Assembly (NCBI GenBank): GCA_045159875.1
Contig: CP067995.1
Coordinates: 2,624,001 to 2,688,000 of the forward strand
Reading direction: 5' to 3'
DNA: 64,000 nt
Source: a cyanobacterium endosymbiont of Rhopalodia gibba
GTDB lineage: Bacteria > Cyanobacteriota > Cyanobacteriia > Cyanobacteriales > Microcystaceae
Part shown: one piece after another, positions 33,906 to 44,921 of the stretch
Layout of the letters: every line of letters begins with the position of its first letter
How positions within the stretch are numbered: the stretch's first letter is position 1
Position numbers and translations under genes: made by a program
Notes under the pieces: model-generated
What the model saw: only the letters and a program-made list of their open reading frames with translations
What the model was told of the DNA's origin: nothing
Database searches by the model: none

Positions 33906-34639
33906 TGGTACGTTATGGCTCCTTTAAATCTGCTTCAAAGTCTTTCACTATACTTTAGTGTTTTCCCAGAATTTGAGTAAATACACACGAATGCACTAGA
34001 AGAAACAACAAACGCGTAGTCGATATGACTTTTACTTTATTCCATACTAGCTTATCTGTTTAGGTGATGGCAATTATCAAAAAGTTTATCCCTAATTCAG
34101 GGAAATAGAGTGATTCAAACTACTTTGAGCAAAGATTGTAGCTATCACTTACAAAGTAAATTTTAAGTATCTATTATTTACTATAATAACGTAAAAATAA
34201 ATATGACGAAAGATTAAAGTTGATGGTGATTTCCGAACCTAACAAGAACTATATCCTTCCTTGCAAAGACTATCCTATAAAATTATTAATTGAGATAATT
34301 CACAACCAGTAACCCTTAGCTATTATTTCATATAGCTTATAAAAAGCATATTATTATTAATATAATTAATGATTATTGCTCAAATTTTTTTTAAAAAGCT
34401 TGATTGACAAGGACTTTAAGTAATTACTCGTTATCAACAGAAAATCAAGCAAAAATTAGTAAAACAAATTGATAGGATTTTACTTCGTAAACGTTCTTAG
34501 ATTTAAACGATTAACGACTAACTAAAAAACATCTCTCAGGTTAAATTTTAGAAAAATTTAAGCATTTAAAAATGTTCTATTCAATTTTTCGCTCGGCTGA
34601 TTACTTATTACCTATTTACCTCAAAAATCTTTTTTCAAT

Positions 34640-34810
34640 TGAGGTTTAAAAAAGAAGTTAGCCCCACCTCTTGATATGTTTAAATAAAAATTGTAGCCTT
34701 AATTGTTGGTGGTTACCATCTCAGAGTTGGATAATCGTCAACTTTGTTCTGTTTTAACTTGAGATACTGAAAATAACAAAAGTGTTTTCAAATCTCGTCG
34801 AACTCATGTA
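34640..34810 (-). mobile_element. Possible IS982-like end remnant
   Basis: tctcgtcgaactcatgt nearly identical to 49978-49994; minus-strand fragment LSNSEMVT. Confidence 0.35.
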
Positions 34811-34849
34811 CTCAATCAAATGATATGATTTAAAAAGGGTTTACCCCGT

Positions 34850-35184
34850 GGGGCTGTGGCTCAGTAGGATAGAGCAAGCGCCTCCTGAAGTGTCGGGCAT
34901 CATGGACGGAAACGCCATAGATGAATGTGGTCAAATTCAAGGAAGCCTAAGTCTTCTTAAAGATAAGGTAATCTTGAGCCAAGCTCTACGTCCCTGGTAG
35001 AGAAGGTGCAGAGACTGGTTGTAGGTTGCCAAAGGGAAACAAAAACAGTAGGGGTAGTAATGTCTACAACACAACGGCCACCACCTAAGGACAGCAAATC
35101 TATGGTGAAGGAATAGTCCAGAGAGTGAGGAAACTCACACTAATCTGAAGCGCTAGGTCGCCGGTTCGAATCCGGCCAGTCCCG
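34850..35184 (+). tRNA. trnR: tRNA-Arg(CCU), split by an intron (exons 34850-34886 and 35148-35184)
   Basis: Joined exons give a 74-nt cloverleaf: acceptor ggggctg/cagtccc, anticodon stem agcgc/gcgct with loop ctCCTaa, T arm gccgg-ttcgaat-ccggc; CCA not encoded. Confidence 0.95.
34887..35147 (+). ncRNA. Group I self-splicing intron (IC3-like), 261 nt, no ORF
   Basis: Follows U of anticodon, ends in G; P aaattcaaggaag, Q aatcttgagc, R gcagagact, S aaggaatagtcc; P3 gtggtc/ggccac. Confidence 0.93.
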
Positions 35185-35510
35185 TTAATCTATCAGCAAG
35201 TCTCTATTAAACGGTAACTAGAGGGAGCATAATATAATATTATTCTAAGCGTTATCCATAATTGAGCACTCAATCTATAAACTTTTTGGTTTAAGTTCAG
35301 ATATGAGTTACAAACATCGATAGTTTATAGCTCATGATTAACTTTACTGTGAGTTGTTGTAAAGGTCTAATGACTTTAAATAGCGTTTCTCACTAAGGGG
35401 AAGATTGAGGTAGACCCTAATTTATTTTCTGTTGCCTAAAATTTAAAAAATTTTGTATTTCATTAGTATGCTTTACGGCTATCCCAATTAGTTCGATAGT
35501 TCTATATATT

Positions 35511-36107
35511 GTGTTCATGTTGTTAAAAACCAATCCTAAAAAACACCGTATAAAAGTCCTTTCATCTCGTTGGAAGTATAGGTTGTGGCCTCTAATTTCC
35601 CTGGTAGGTATTAGTCTGTGGGCGGGTTGTAAAGAATTACAGAGTTATATGGTAGAACCTGAAGCGATTTTCGTTTTGGGAGGACATGAAGAACGCGAAC
35701 ACTTTGCCGCTCAATTGGCTACTCGACACCGCGATCTCCCCATTTGGGTGTCTTCTGGGAGTCCTCAAAGCTATGCTAAAAAGATTTTTAGGGAAGCCGG
35801 TATTTCGAGTGCTCGCCTTTATCTAGACTACCAGGCACGGGATACTGTAACTAACTTTACAACCCTAGTAGATACCTTGAAAAAACAAGGTATTGATAGT
35901 GTTTATCTAGTTACCTCCGCTAATCACATGAACCGTGCTCGCGTTATTGGGGAGATTATTTTTGGCACTCGGGGGATTATACTTAAACCTATAGCCGTTG
36001 AGTGTGATCGTCCTCCTGAACCATTCAAAAAAATCCTCAGAGATGTAGCTAGATCACTGCTGTGGTTGGGGACAGGAAAGACAGGAGAAACTTTGCTTGT
36101 TCCTTAA
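35511..36107 (+). CDS. YdcF/DUF218 family protein
   Basis: AIFVLGG, ARDTVTNF, LVTSANHMNRA. Confidence 0.88.
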   Translation: MFMLLKTNPKKHRIKVLSSRWKYRLWPLISLVGISLWAGCKELQSYMVEPEAIFVLGGHEEREHFAAQLATRHRDLPIWVSSGSPQSYAKKIFREAGISSARLYLDYQARDTVTNFTTLVDTLKKQGIDSVYLVTSANHMNRARVIGEIIFGTRGIILKPIAVECDRPPEPFKKILRDVARSLLWLGTGKTGETLLVP

Positions 36108-36149
36108 AATCAAATTTTTAGTGGTATTGCAAAGTCTACGGCCAAATGT

Positions 36150-36540
36150 CTTGGGGTTTAAGCTCTGTCCTTTTTGGGAGACTCTGTGTGCTATAATAAT
36201 GGCATTGCGTTGGTGTGCATAAAGTATTTATAGAGTGTTTTTTTAGAAAACTGATTCTAGGACTTTGTACTCGACAATAGCTAGTAAACTCTCCCTGAGA
36301 CGTCTTCTTCGACGGAAAAGCTCTACCCGGTTAAATAGAAATTGTAGGTTTAATTGTGAGGTGATTCGAGCTATTAGATATTCCAAGAACGATGCGTCCT
36401 GTTATCGGGGGTCAATGTTACTTCGGATCTAGAGTGCTTGTGGATTTGGTTTGACGGAGGTGTAACTTGGAAAAACTATGTCTAGCTAAGGAAAAAATAA
36501 GCAAAAATCCCTGCGGTTCTAAGTCCAGGGAGTGTCAGAA
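36150..36540 (+). mobile_element. Internally deleted IS200/IS605 element
   Basis: Left-end-like tttaagctctgtcc...gtgctataata and right-end hairpin aaatccctgcgg...ccagggagtgtca only about 390 bp apart. Confidence 0.55.
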
Positions 36541-36594
36541 CAGAAAGCTGTGCATTGAATTAAAAGCAGCAAACACAGGCTTAGGAGAGATGTC

Positions 36595-38046
36595 GTGACA
36601 CCCAGAGTTCGTATTGCACCAAGTCCCACTGGAAATCTACACATTGGAACTGCGAGAACAGCTATTTTTAATTGGTTATTTGCTCGTTATCACTGTGGGC
36701 AATTTATTTTACGCATTGAAGATACGGATCTTGAGCGATCACGACTAGAATATACGGAAAATATCAAATCAGGACTCACTTGGCTAGGGTTAAATTGGGA
36801 TGAGGGTCCCTTTTTGCAAACCCAACGCCTTGATCTCTATCGTCAAGGAATTCAAACCTTACTTGATAAGGGGTTTGCTTATCGTTGCTACTGTACTCCC
36901 GAGGAATTAAAACAAATGCGGGAGGAACAAAAAGTAAAAAATCAAGCTCCTCGCTATGATAACCGCCATCGTCATCTCACTGAAGCAGAATGTCAAAAGT
37001 TTGAATCCGAAGGAAGAAAACCCGTTATCCGTTTTATTATCGATGATAACCGTGAAATTGTCTGGAATGACTTAATCCGAAATCAAGTAACCTGGAGAGG
37101 AACTGATCTCGGTGGGGATATGGCAATTGCTCGTGTACCTCAACTTGAAGGAGAAGCCTTCGGACAACCTCTGTATAATTTAGCAGTGGTAGTTGATGAC
37201 TTAGACATGAAAATTACCCATGTCATTCGGGGAGAGGATCACATCGCTAATACAGCAAAACAGATTTTACTTTATGAAGCGTTAGGGGAAACAGTTCCAG
37301 ACTTTGCTCATACCCCCCTTATTTTAAATCAGGATGGACGAAAACTGTCTAAACGCGACGGAGCATCATCCATTGATGACTTCCGTAAAATGGGCTTTTT
37401 ACCCGATGCTCTCGCCAATTATATAATGCTCTTGGGTTGGACTGCCCCTGACCCCACTAAGGAAATTTTTACTCTAAGTGAAGCCGCGAAAGAATTTAGT
37501 TTAGAAAGGGTAAATAAAGCGGGGGCAAAATTTGATTGGGATAAACTAGATTGGATTAATAGTCAATATCTCCATCAAGTTCCAGCTTCGAAATTAGTTG
37601 AGCTAGCTTTTCCCTATTGGCAAGAAGCGGGTTATGAAGTTAATTTGGACAGTGATCGTCTTTGGTTAGAACAGTTAGCAGCTCTAATTAGACCGAGTTT
37701 AACTAGGTTAACTGATGTCGTAAAAGAGGGCCGTTCATTGTTTGGAAACACACTTAGTTATAGTAATGAAGCTCTAGAACAATTGCGAAAAGAGGGAGTT
37801 GAAGGAATCATACAAGCTGTGGTTGATGATTTAGCTAATTATCCTCAGTTAACCGAAGACAATGTCAGGGAGATTATCAAGCAAGTTACCAACGATTTTA
37901 AGATTAAAAAGGGTTTAGTTATGCGCTCTCTCAGAGCCGGTTTAATGGGTGAATTACACGGGCCTGATTTGATTCAATCTTGGCTTTTATTAAACCAAAA
38001 AGGATTGGATGTAATCCGTTTACAAGACAGCTTAAGTCAAATTTAG
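36595..38046 (+). CDS. gltX: Glutamate--tRNA ligase
   Basis: [33 protein letters not shown]. Confidence 0.98.
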   Translation: MTPRVRIAPSPTGNLHIGTARTAIFNWLFARYHCGQFILRIEDTDLERSRLEYTENIKSGLTWLGLNWDEGPFLQTQRLDLYRQGIQTLLDKGFAYRCYCTPEELKQMREEQKVKNQAPRYDNRHRHLTEAECQKFESEGRKPVIRFIIDDNREIVWNDLIRNQVTWRGTDLGGDMAIARVPQLEGEAFGQPLYNLAVVVDDLDMKITHVIRGEDHIANTAKQILLYEALGETVPDFAHTPLILNQDGRKLSKRDGASSIDDFRKMGFLPDALANYIMLLGWTAPDPTKEIFTLSEAAKEFSLERVNKAGAKFDWDKLDWINSQYLHQVPASKLVELAFPYWQEAGYEVNLDSDRLWLEQLAALIRPSLTRLTDVVKEGRSLFGNTLSYSNEALEQLRKEGVEGIIQAVVDDLANYPQLTEDNVREIIKQVTNDFKIKKGLVMRSLRAGLMGELHGPDLIQSWLLLNQKGLDVIRLQDSLSQI

Positions 38047-40189
38047 AACAGACAAATACTTAGTTTTGGTAGAGGGATAATTAATCATATTTCTTTTAGT
38101 TTTAGAAGTTAACGTTCGAGTTTTTATTGATCCGATTAAATATTTTTAAATCCTGACTTTAGAAAAACTGATGTTGGAATATCTTTATAAGACAGGTGAA
38201 TCTTTTTTGTGGAGTTTACGGCTTCCGAGTTACTTTGGATATTATTGACTTTAAATCAACAGGATTAGAGAAAAAATAAACCGATTTATGTATTTTATTC
38301 GGAAATTGATTTTGATGAGAGAAAAACTGTTAGTTAAATTTTTTGGGAAACCCTCTAATAATTTTACAAAATTAGCAGAGAAAGAAATTTTTAATCGTGC
38401 TTTTTATCTGCTAATTTTTTATGTAAACTATTTAGTATTTAGGGAAAACTCTAAGGTTATAAATATAGATAGATAACAATATCTTTAAAAACTATTTGTA
38501 TTTTTTTTAAAACATAGAAAATATTAAACGTTATATTTACTATGAATTCAAAAATAAATTAGTAATTATTATTCTGATCATAAAAATAATCACATTATCA
38601 GCTAGAGCGCCAGAAGAATTTAAAAATTACTGTATTTATTTGAAAAAAAGTAAGAATTTAAAGGATATACTGACACTGCCATATAAAAATTGAAAATATA
38701 GAAACAAGATTTTACTATTAATAATAAACAGAATAAAAACTATAATTATAACTATCAATTATATAATACTTAACATTTTCACTTCATTTATATCTATAGC
38801 ATCAAATATTTACATTGGTTTAATGGATGGTATTCTAAATTTAGAATAATTTACTATAATCCATTATCAGACTTAAAATTAAATAAGAACAGATTAATTT
38901 ATTTCAAAAATTTACTTAACAATAACTCGCATTAATTATGGCTTAACTACCAAAAAATTTGATCCAAAGAATGAATTAACTATTTAAAATTAATTCCAGA
39001 CAGAGAGAGCTATCTATCTCAAAATAGATGTAATTTTTTTAACCCATGTACAAATGAATTTAAAGAATTGTTAGGATAACATTAAAAAATGATAAAAATT
39101 ACTAAATAAATTTTAAATATTGACATTAAGAATGTAGTGAACAAATCAAAAATAGAAAAAATACTTAAAGCTCTTGCTCCATTATCATAGATAAAAAACT
39201 TAGATATCAAGATAGTTTACCTTTTGTAAAATCGCTATTTTTTTGAAAAAAATCATATAGTATTAGTAAATTTATATAAAGCAGTGATCCTAGAAAGGAT
39301 AAAAATAAAAATATCTAAAAAGATAGTAGGATGGCTATATGTTTTGAAAAATTTTTTTTTACTAAAACTAAAAAACTTAGTCTAGCTTTTAGAAAACTCT
39401 CTAAAAATTTTGTTCAAAAAAACACTAAAAATAGTAGTTACAGATCGATTTTGCGTTATTGAACAAGTTAATGATAAGTTAAATGCTCAAAAATAAATTC
39501 TTAAAAGAAAAACTTAAGATCTTAAAATCTTAGTCTGAAATAAAAATTTCATCATGGTTAAATAAGAGTAAATATATTTCTGTTCAAAATAAATAAGATT
39601 AAAGCAAAGAACAAAAAGCTCAATTAAATTAGGTGTATAAAGCATCGTATTGACAAGTATTATGACATTAATACTCATAGTCCATTTTAAAATTTTATTA
39701 ATAAACTGATAGCAGAAAATACTTATTTTAAATTTGTTAACAAATTTAAAATAAGTAAATTAGCATTATCAATGCGGCTGATAGAGGACTAGATATATAA
39801 TCTAATTTTGGACTCAACTATTCAGGTCAAAAATGCAACATTAAACACTAAAAAAATCAAGAACATTATCAATTAAGTAGAAATGATTGTATCGTTATAG
39901 TTTGTCGTGATGCCTATGGTTAAATTAGGTTAATTTAACCATATTTAAACAGATTAAATAGGAACAACGAGTCCGCTGAATTATTAAATAATTCTCTTAT
40001 AGAACAATGTGCTCTCTTTGTTAAAAAACAATTCTATATTTTTTTAGGATCTAAACTTAGAGAACCATTGGAACAATATTTCAATAAATCTATTTTTTAA
40101 ACAATTAGAATTACATAGTTTTGTATCAAAATCTCATTTGATATAAAAAAGTACCTCAGATATGACAATGATAATAATCAATTTAGTAT

Positions 40190-41284
40190 TTAAAGAAATC
40201 TTTTTAAAACCTCTAAAGTGGAATGTCCAGTTTTTTGCCAACTGAATTGACTAGATTGTTGTAAACTCAAAGTTTTTAATTGTGATCGCAACCCATGATC
40301 ATTGATAATTTGTTCCATTGCATCCGTTATTTCTGATACCTGATAAGGATTAATTAATAATCCCGCATCCCCTGCAAGTTCAGGGAGGGAAGATAGGTTA
40401 GAAGTAATAACAGGTGTTCCACATCCCATTGCCTCTAAAACTGGAAACCCAAATCCTTCCCATAAAGAAGGAAATACCAATGCTAATGCTTGATTTAATA
40501 GAATAGGCAATTGATCGTAGGGAACGTAATCAAGAAATTTAATCTGATTTATTATTCCCAATTCAGTTGCTTGTTGTTGTAATTTTGGGGTATAACGTTT
40601 ATCTGTTTGTCCCACTAACCAAAGTTCATAATTTTGATAATTCCTGATTTCTGCAAATGCTTTAAGTAAACGGGATAAATTTTTATGGAGATCATAACGA
40701 CCTAAATAAAGGAAATAGGGTAGACTAGTTTTGGCTCTTATTTTTTTTGTTAATTTTAACGGACGAAAATGATTTGAGTTATAAGCAAGGAGAATAGGAG
40801 TTATTTTCTTAGCAGAAATCCCAAAAAAATCAATAATATCTGTCGCTGTTGCTTGAGAATTACAGAGAATATGTTTAGCTTGTTTTAAAACTTGTGGAAT
40901 ATATTTCTTGAAATAAGGTATTAGGGGGGAGTTTTTTTTAGGAAAACGTAATGGAATTAAATCATGCACCATGACGACAGATTGACAATCAGTGTACAAT
41001 GGAGCTTCAGGAACTGGTGAAAATAATAATGAACCTTCTAATTTTTTATAGATTTTTGGTAACTTAAACTGTGTCCATAATAATCGACGAAAATGACCTA
41101 CAGTTCCTTGTTCTGGAGTTAAATTTTTAGGGATTAAATAACAATTAAAGTTATGATTGTCTCTCGCTATTAATAATGTAGGATTAAGTTTTTTTAAGTA
41201 AGGAAAAATACTATCAGCATAAATAGTAATACCTGTCGGTTTAGACATCAAAAAAGAAAGATTAATCAACATTTTTTTTTCCAT
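40190..41284 (-). CDS. Glycosyltransferase family 4
   Basis: VHDLIP, FPSLWEGFGFPVLEAMGCGTPV. Confidence 0.93.
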   Translation of the reverse strand: MEKKMLINLSFLMSKPTGITIYADSIFPYLKKLNPTLLIARDNHNFNCYLIPKNLTPEQGTVGHFRRLLWTQFKLPKIYKKLEGSLLFSPVPEAPLYTDCQSVVMVHDLIPLRFPKKNSPLIPYFKKYIPQVLKQAKHILCNSQATATDIIDFFGISAKKITPILLAYNSNHFRPLKLTKKIRAKTSLPYFLYLGRYDLHKNLSRLLKAFAEIRNYQNYELWLVGQTDKRYTPKLQQQATELGIINQIKFLDYVPYDQLPILLNQALALVFPSLWEGFGFPVLEAMGCGTPVITSNLSSLPELAGDAGLLINPYQVSEITDAMEQIINDHGLRSQLKTLSLQQSSQFSWQKTGHSTLEVLKRFL

Positions 41285-41296
41285 CTAAATCAACCA

Positions 41297-42454
41297 TTAA
41301 TTAATAAATTGGTAAGCTTTAAAAGTTTGTTGTGCCGTTTTCTCCCAAGAAAATAATTTTGCTCTTTCTTTTCCTTTCTTAGTTAATTCTTTTCTTAACT
41401 GAGAATCACTAATCACCTTGAGAATAGTCTCCGCTAATTCTAAGAAATCATTAGGATTAATCAACAATGCTGCATCTCCCGCGATTTCAGGAAGGGATGA
41501 AGTATTAGAGGTGATTACGGGGGAACCTAATGTCATTGCTTCTAGAACAGGTAAACCAAATCCTTCATAAAAAGAAGGATAAATAAAAGCATCAGTTTGA
41601 GTATAGAATAAAGCTAACAATTCATCAGGTAAATAGTTTAAATAATAGATACTTTGTCGGTATTTTGAATTTTTTATTGCGGCAAAACTAGATTGATACT
41701 TCCATCCCTTTTGTCCAATTAAAATGAGATTATGAGGAATTTTATGTTGTTCCTTTAAATAGTTAAACGCTTTAATTAAAGCAATTATATTTTTTCGGGG
41801 TTCAAGAGTACTAACAAACAGAAGATAAGGAATAGAAAAATCATAATCTATAGAATTTTTGAGGAGCTCAATCTTATCAAGTCTAATTTCATTAGAAGAG
41901 TAACGACTTGCTTCGTAAGTTATCTTAATTCTTTCCGAATTAATATTGAAATATTCAATAATATCCTGTTTAGTACTTTCAGAAAAAGTAATAATCAAAT
42001 CTGTCCATGTTAAACAGCGTTTAATTCTTTTCCAATATCCTTGAACAAGGGTAGTAGAATATTGAGGATATTTAAGAAAAGTTAGATCATGGATAGTCAT
42101 TATCTTACGACTTTTGCGATAAGGATAAACATAATGATCGGTTCCATGAAGAATATTAGGTTTATTTAGATATCCCTCAAAATGTGACAAGATAGGATTA
42201 GGATACTTTGCTAGCATATCAGCAATAGTAACAGGGATAGGTAAGATAGAAACTTGAGGATAGTAAGTTAAAAAATAAGGTGTGGAAAAATTCCTCAAAA
42301 ACCAATTTTTGACGGAAGGATGAAAGTAAATTTCTAGCTCAAAGTGTTCGATTTCTTGTAATTTAGCCAATGATGCTATTATATTTAGGACATAGACCCC
42401 AATCCCACTAAGTTTTCCCCTAAGCGGTGTTCCATCAAGACAAACTTTAAACAT
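41297..42454 (-). CDS. Glycosyltransferase family 4
   Basis: TIHDL, EPRKN, YPSFYEGFGLPVLEAM. Confidence 0.93.
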   Translation of the reverse strand: MFKVCLDGTPLRGKLSGIGVYVLNIIASLAKLQEIEHFELEIYFHPSVKNWFLRNFSTPYFLTYYPQVSILPIPVTIADMLAKYPNPILSHFEGYLNKPNILHGTDHYVYPYRKSRKIMTIHDLTFLKYPQYSTTLVQGYWKRIKRCLTWTDLIITFSESTKQDIIEYFNINSERIKITYEASRYSSNEIRLDKIELLKNSIDYDFSIPYLLFVSTLEPRKNIIALIKAFNYLKEQHKIPHNLILIGQKGWKYQSSFAAIKNSKYRQSIYYLNYLPDELLALFYTQTDAFIYPSFYEGFGLPVLEAMTLGSPVITSNTSSLPEIAGDAALLINPNDFLELAETILKVISDSQLRKELTKKGKERAKLFSWEKTAQQTFKAYQFIN

Positions 42455-43623
42455 TATTTCTGGTTGATTATTTTTTGCATAACTTCAGCATAGCGATTCA
42501 AACAATGATAGGTTAGGTAACCGTTTTGCATTGCTTTGATTTTATTTTTTATATTCGAATGTTTAATTATTCTAAGAATAGAAATGAATACTTCTTCAGG
42601 AATTTCCCAATTAATAATTAATTCACCTAAATCATATTTAAGCAACTCGTAAGCCATCCAAGTTTTATCAGTTACTAAAGGGATTTTACCAGCAATAATG
42701 GACTCAGTAAAAATTCCTGAAGTTCTTTCCCCATAGGACTGGTAATCATAGGGTAATAAAATAACATCACTCACACTTAACCAATAATTATACTCTTTTC
42801 TTGTCAATTTATCTTGAATTAATTTCAGATTAATTCCTCCTTTAGTTACTTTTAAATTTGATTTTTCTGCTGCAATCAGACAAATTTCATTACTGTTATT
42901 CAGATTGCTGGCAACTAATTTTTTAATAATATTCCATCCTTTTTCCTCTCTGGGAAACCCTGGCCACCAGCATAAAATTCCAGGAAACTTATTTTTTATA
43001 TCGCAATTATCAACTTTAATTTCAGCATGAGGAATTGGCATTACTGTAACATGTTCTTGAAAATAATTAGATAAAGATTTACCTAATAAATCACTATCTG
43101 TTAGTAACTTTAAATTACCTGCTGGTAGACTTTTCTTAATTAAATAATTGAGAAATTTATAAACAGATCTAGTTTTATCTTTATGAGTATTTCTACGATA
43201 AAGCAGCCAAACTGATATATTTTTTGTGGGAACTAGCCATAAGGCAATCGTTAAGGCAAATAATTGTAAATGAATAAATCTTTCGAGAAAAACAATAGAT
43301 AATTCTGATTTGTGAATAACGTTGTTTCGCAAATATTTAGCTGTTGTCGTCCCTAAATAAAAAACTCCAGTTAACCTCAAAAATTTTTGCCAAAAATTAC
43401 CTTCTTTTTCAAGATCAAAATCGCTTAAACAGTCATCCCATTCTGTAAGTAAATCACCAACTTTTGACTTAGAAGGAATAGCGGCTAAATGTTTCCAACC
43501 TAACTTAGAAACTGCTTTACTAACCGCTTGATGATAGGGAACAATGTGTCCTTTACCTCCCATTAAATTAGGAATTAGTGAAACCAATATAGGTGTTGAA
43601 GACTTTTTCTGATTTTTAATCAT
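42454..43623 (-). CDS. GT-B fold glycosyltransferase-like protein
   Basis: GH motif near N-terminus, PREEKG, LLPYD..Y..RTSGIFTE; overlaps start of next gene. Confidence 0.7.
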   Translation of the reverse strand: MIKNQKKSSTPILVSLIPNLMGGKGHIVPYHQAVSKAVSKLGWKHLAAIPSKSKVGDLLTEWDDCLSDFDLEKEGNFWQKFLRLTGVFYLGTTTAKYLRNNVIHKSELSIVFLERFIHLQLFALTIALWLVPTKNISVWLLYRRNTHKDKTRSVYKFLNYLIKKSLPAGNLKLLTDSDLLGKSLSNYFQEHVTVMPIPHAEIKVDNCDIKNKFPGILCWWPGFPREEKGWNIIKKLVASNLNNSNEICLIAAEKSNLKVTKGGINLKLIQDKLTRKEYNYWLSVSDVILLPYDYQSYGERTSGIFTESIIAGKIPLVTDKTWMAYELLKYDLGELIINWEIPEEVFISILRIIKHSNIKNKIKAMQNGYLTYHCLNRYAEVMQKIINQK

Positions 43624-43721
43624 TAATAAATCTTATCTCATTAAAAATAACTGTTGTATCAATACAATACAAAGTTAACTGTTCGTATTCTGTTGTTTTT
43701 TCGTCAACAAAACTTACAATG

Positions 43722-44297
43722 CTACCCTAAATTTATTAGTTTAACTGTCTCAAACAATTCTTTAAAGACTCTAATTTCTATCGGATATTGCGCTAATTTT
43801 TCCACTGTTTCTAGTCCCCGTCCCGTTAAAACTAAAATAGGTTTACAATTAGCCCTAACAGCAGCTTCCAAATCACTAGGCGCATCACCAATAAAAAAAG
43901 ATTGAGACAGAACTATGTGATGTTTTTTAGATGCATTAATCAACATTTCAGGAGAAGGTTTACGGCAAAAACACTTGTCATCAGGACGGTGGGGACAAAT
44001 AAAAATATCCGCAAAAAATACCCCAAAATAGCTATATTGTTGCTGAATATAACGGTGAACCTTTTCAACATCTTGTAAGCTATAATATCCCCTACCAACT
44101 CCGGCTTGGTTAGTGATTATAATCAGTAAATAACCCGCATCTTGCCATTGTTTTAAAGCTTCTCCCGCACCATAAGGAAGCTTGACTTGTTCAGGTTTAC
44201 TTAAATAGGGGACGTAGTCAACAATCACCCCATCTCTATCTAGAAATAGGGCTTTATTGAAATGTGTATGGGAAGTGTTGGTTGGATAATCCACCAT
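43722..44297 (-). CDS. gmhB: D-glycero-D-manno-heptose-1,7-bisphosphate phosphatase
   Basis: FLDRDGV, TNQAG, CPH..C.CRKP, IGD..SD. Confidence 0.92.
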   Translation of the reverse strand: MVDYPTNTSHTHFNKALFLDRDGVIVDYVPYLSKPEQVKLPYGAGEALKQWQDAGYLLIIITNQAGVGRGYYSLQDVEKVHRYIQQQYSYFGVFFADIFICPHRPDDKCFCRKPSPEMLINASKKHHIVLSQSFFIGDAPSDLEAAVRANCKPILVLTGRGLETVEKLAQYPIEIRVFKELFETVKLINLG

Positions 44298-44305
44298 TTC
44301 AGATG

Positions 44306-44899
44306 TTAAACTGCAATTTGTCCTTCTAAGCCAGCGTTAGCAAACAACTGAGCTTCCACTTGCTCACAAATTCGATGATAGGTCATTACGTGAATTTCTT
44401 GAATATAAGGGGTGTGGTGTTGTTTTACAAAAAGGGGATAATCTGACATTTCCTTAAGTATCCCGCCATTATTTCCCGCCATTCCAATAGTAACTAATCC
44501 CATATCTTTAGCCATCTCAAAAGCACGCACTACATTGGCAGACTTTCCAGACGTAGAAAGTCCCCAAAGAATATCCCCCGGTTGTCCAAAAGCCTCCACT
44601 TGGCGGGCGAAGACTGTTTCATACTCGTAGTCATTAGCCCAAGCGGTTAAAGTTGCCGTATTAGTTCCTAGGGCAATTGCGGGTAAACCTTTACGATGCA
44701 ATTGAAACCGCCCCACAAATTCAGCCGCAATGTGTTGAGCATCGGCTGCGGAGCCACCATTACCACAAATAAGTAATTTATGTCCATTTCGAAACTGTCT
44801 AGCAATTAAACCGATTGTTTGCTCAACTAAAAGACAATATTTGGGGTTAAACGCTTCTTCTAGGCTTTTTAGCCTATGTTGAATCCAATAATAACTCAC
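44306..44899 (-). CDS. gmhA: Sedoheptulose-7-phosphate isomerase
   Basis: CGNGGSAADAQHIAAE, ND, FARQV, STSG, IQEIH. Confidence 0.95.
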   Translation of the reverse strand: MSYYWIQHRLKSLEEAFNPKYCLLVEQTIGLIARQFRNGHKLLICGNGGSAADAQHIAAEFVGRFQLHRKGLPAIALGTNTATLTAWANDYEYETVFARQVEAFGQPGDILWGLSTSGKSANVVRAFEMAKDMGLVTIGMAGNNGGILKEMSDYPLFVKQHHTPYIQEIHVMTYHRICEQVEAQLFANAGLEGQIAV

Positions 44900-44921
44900 C
44901 GTTACTCCTCACTTAACTCAC

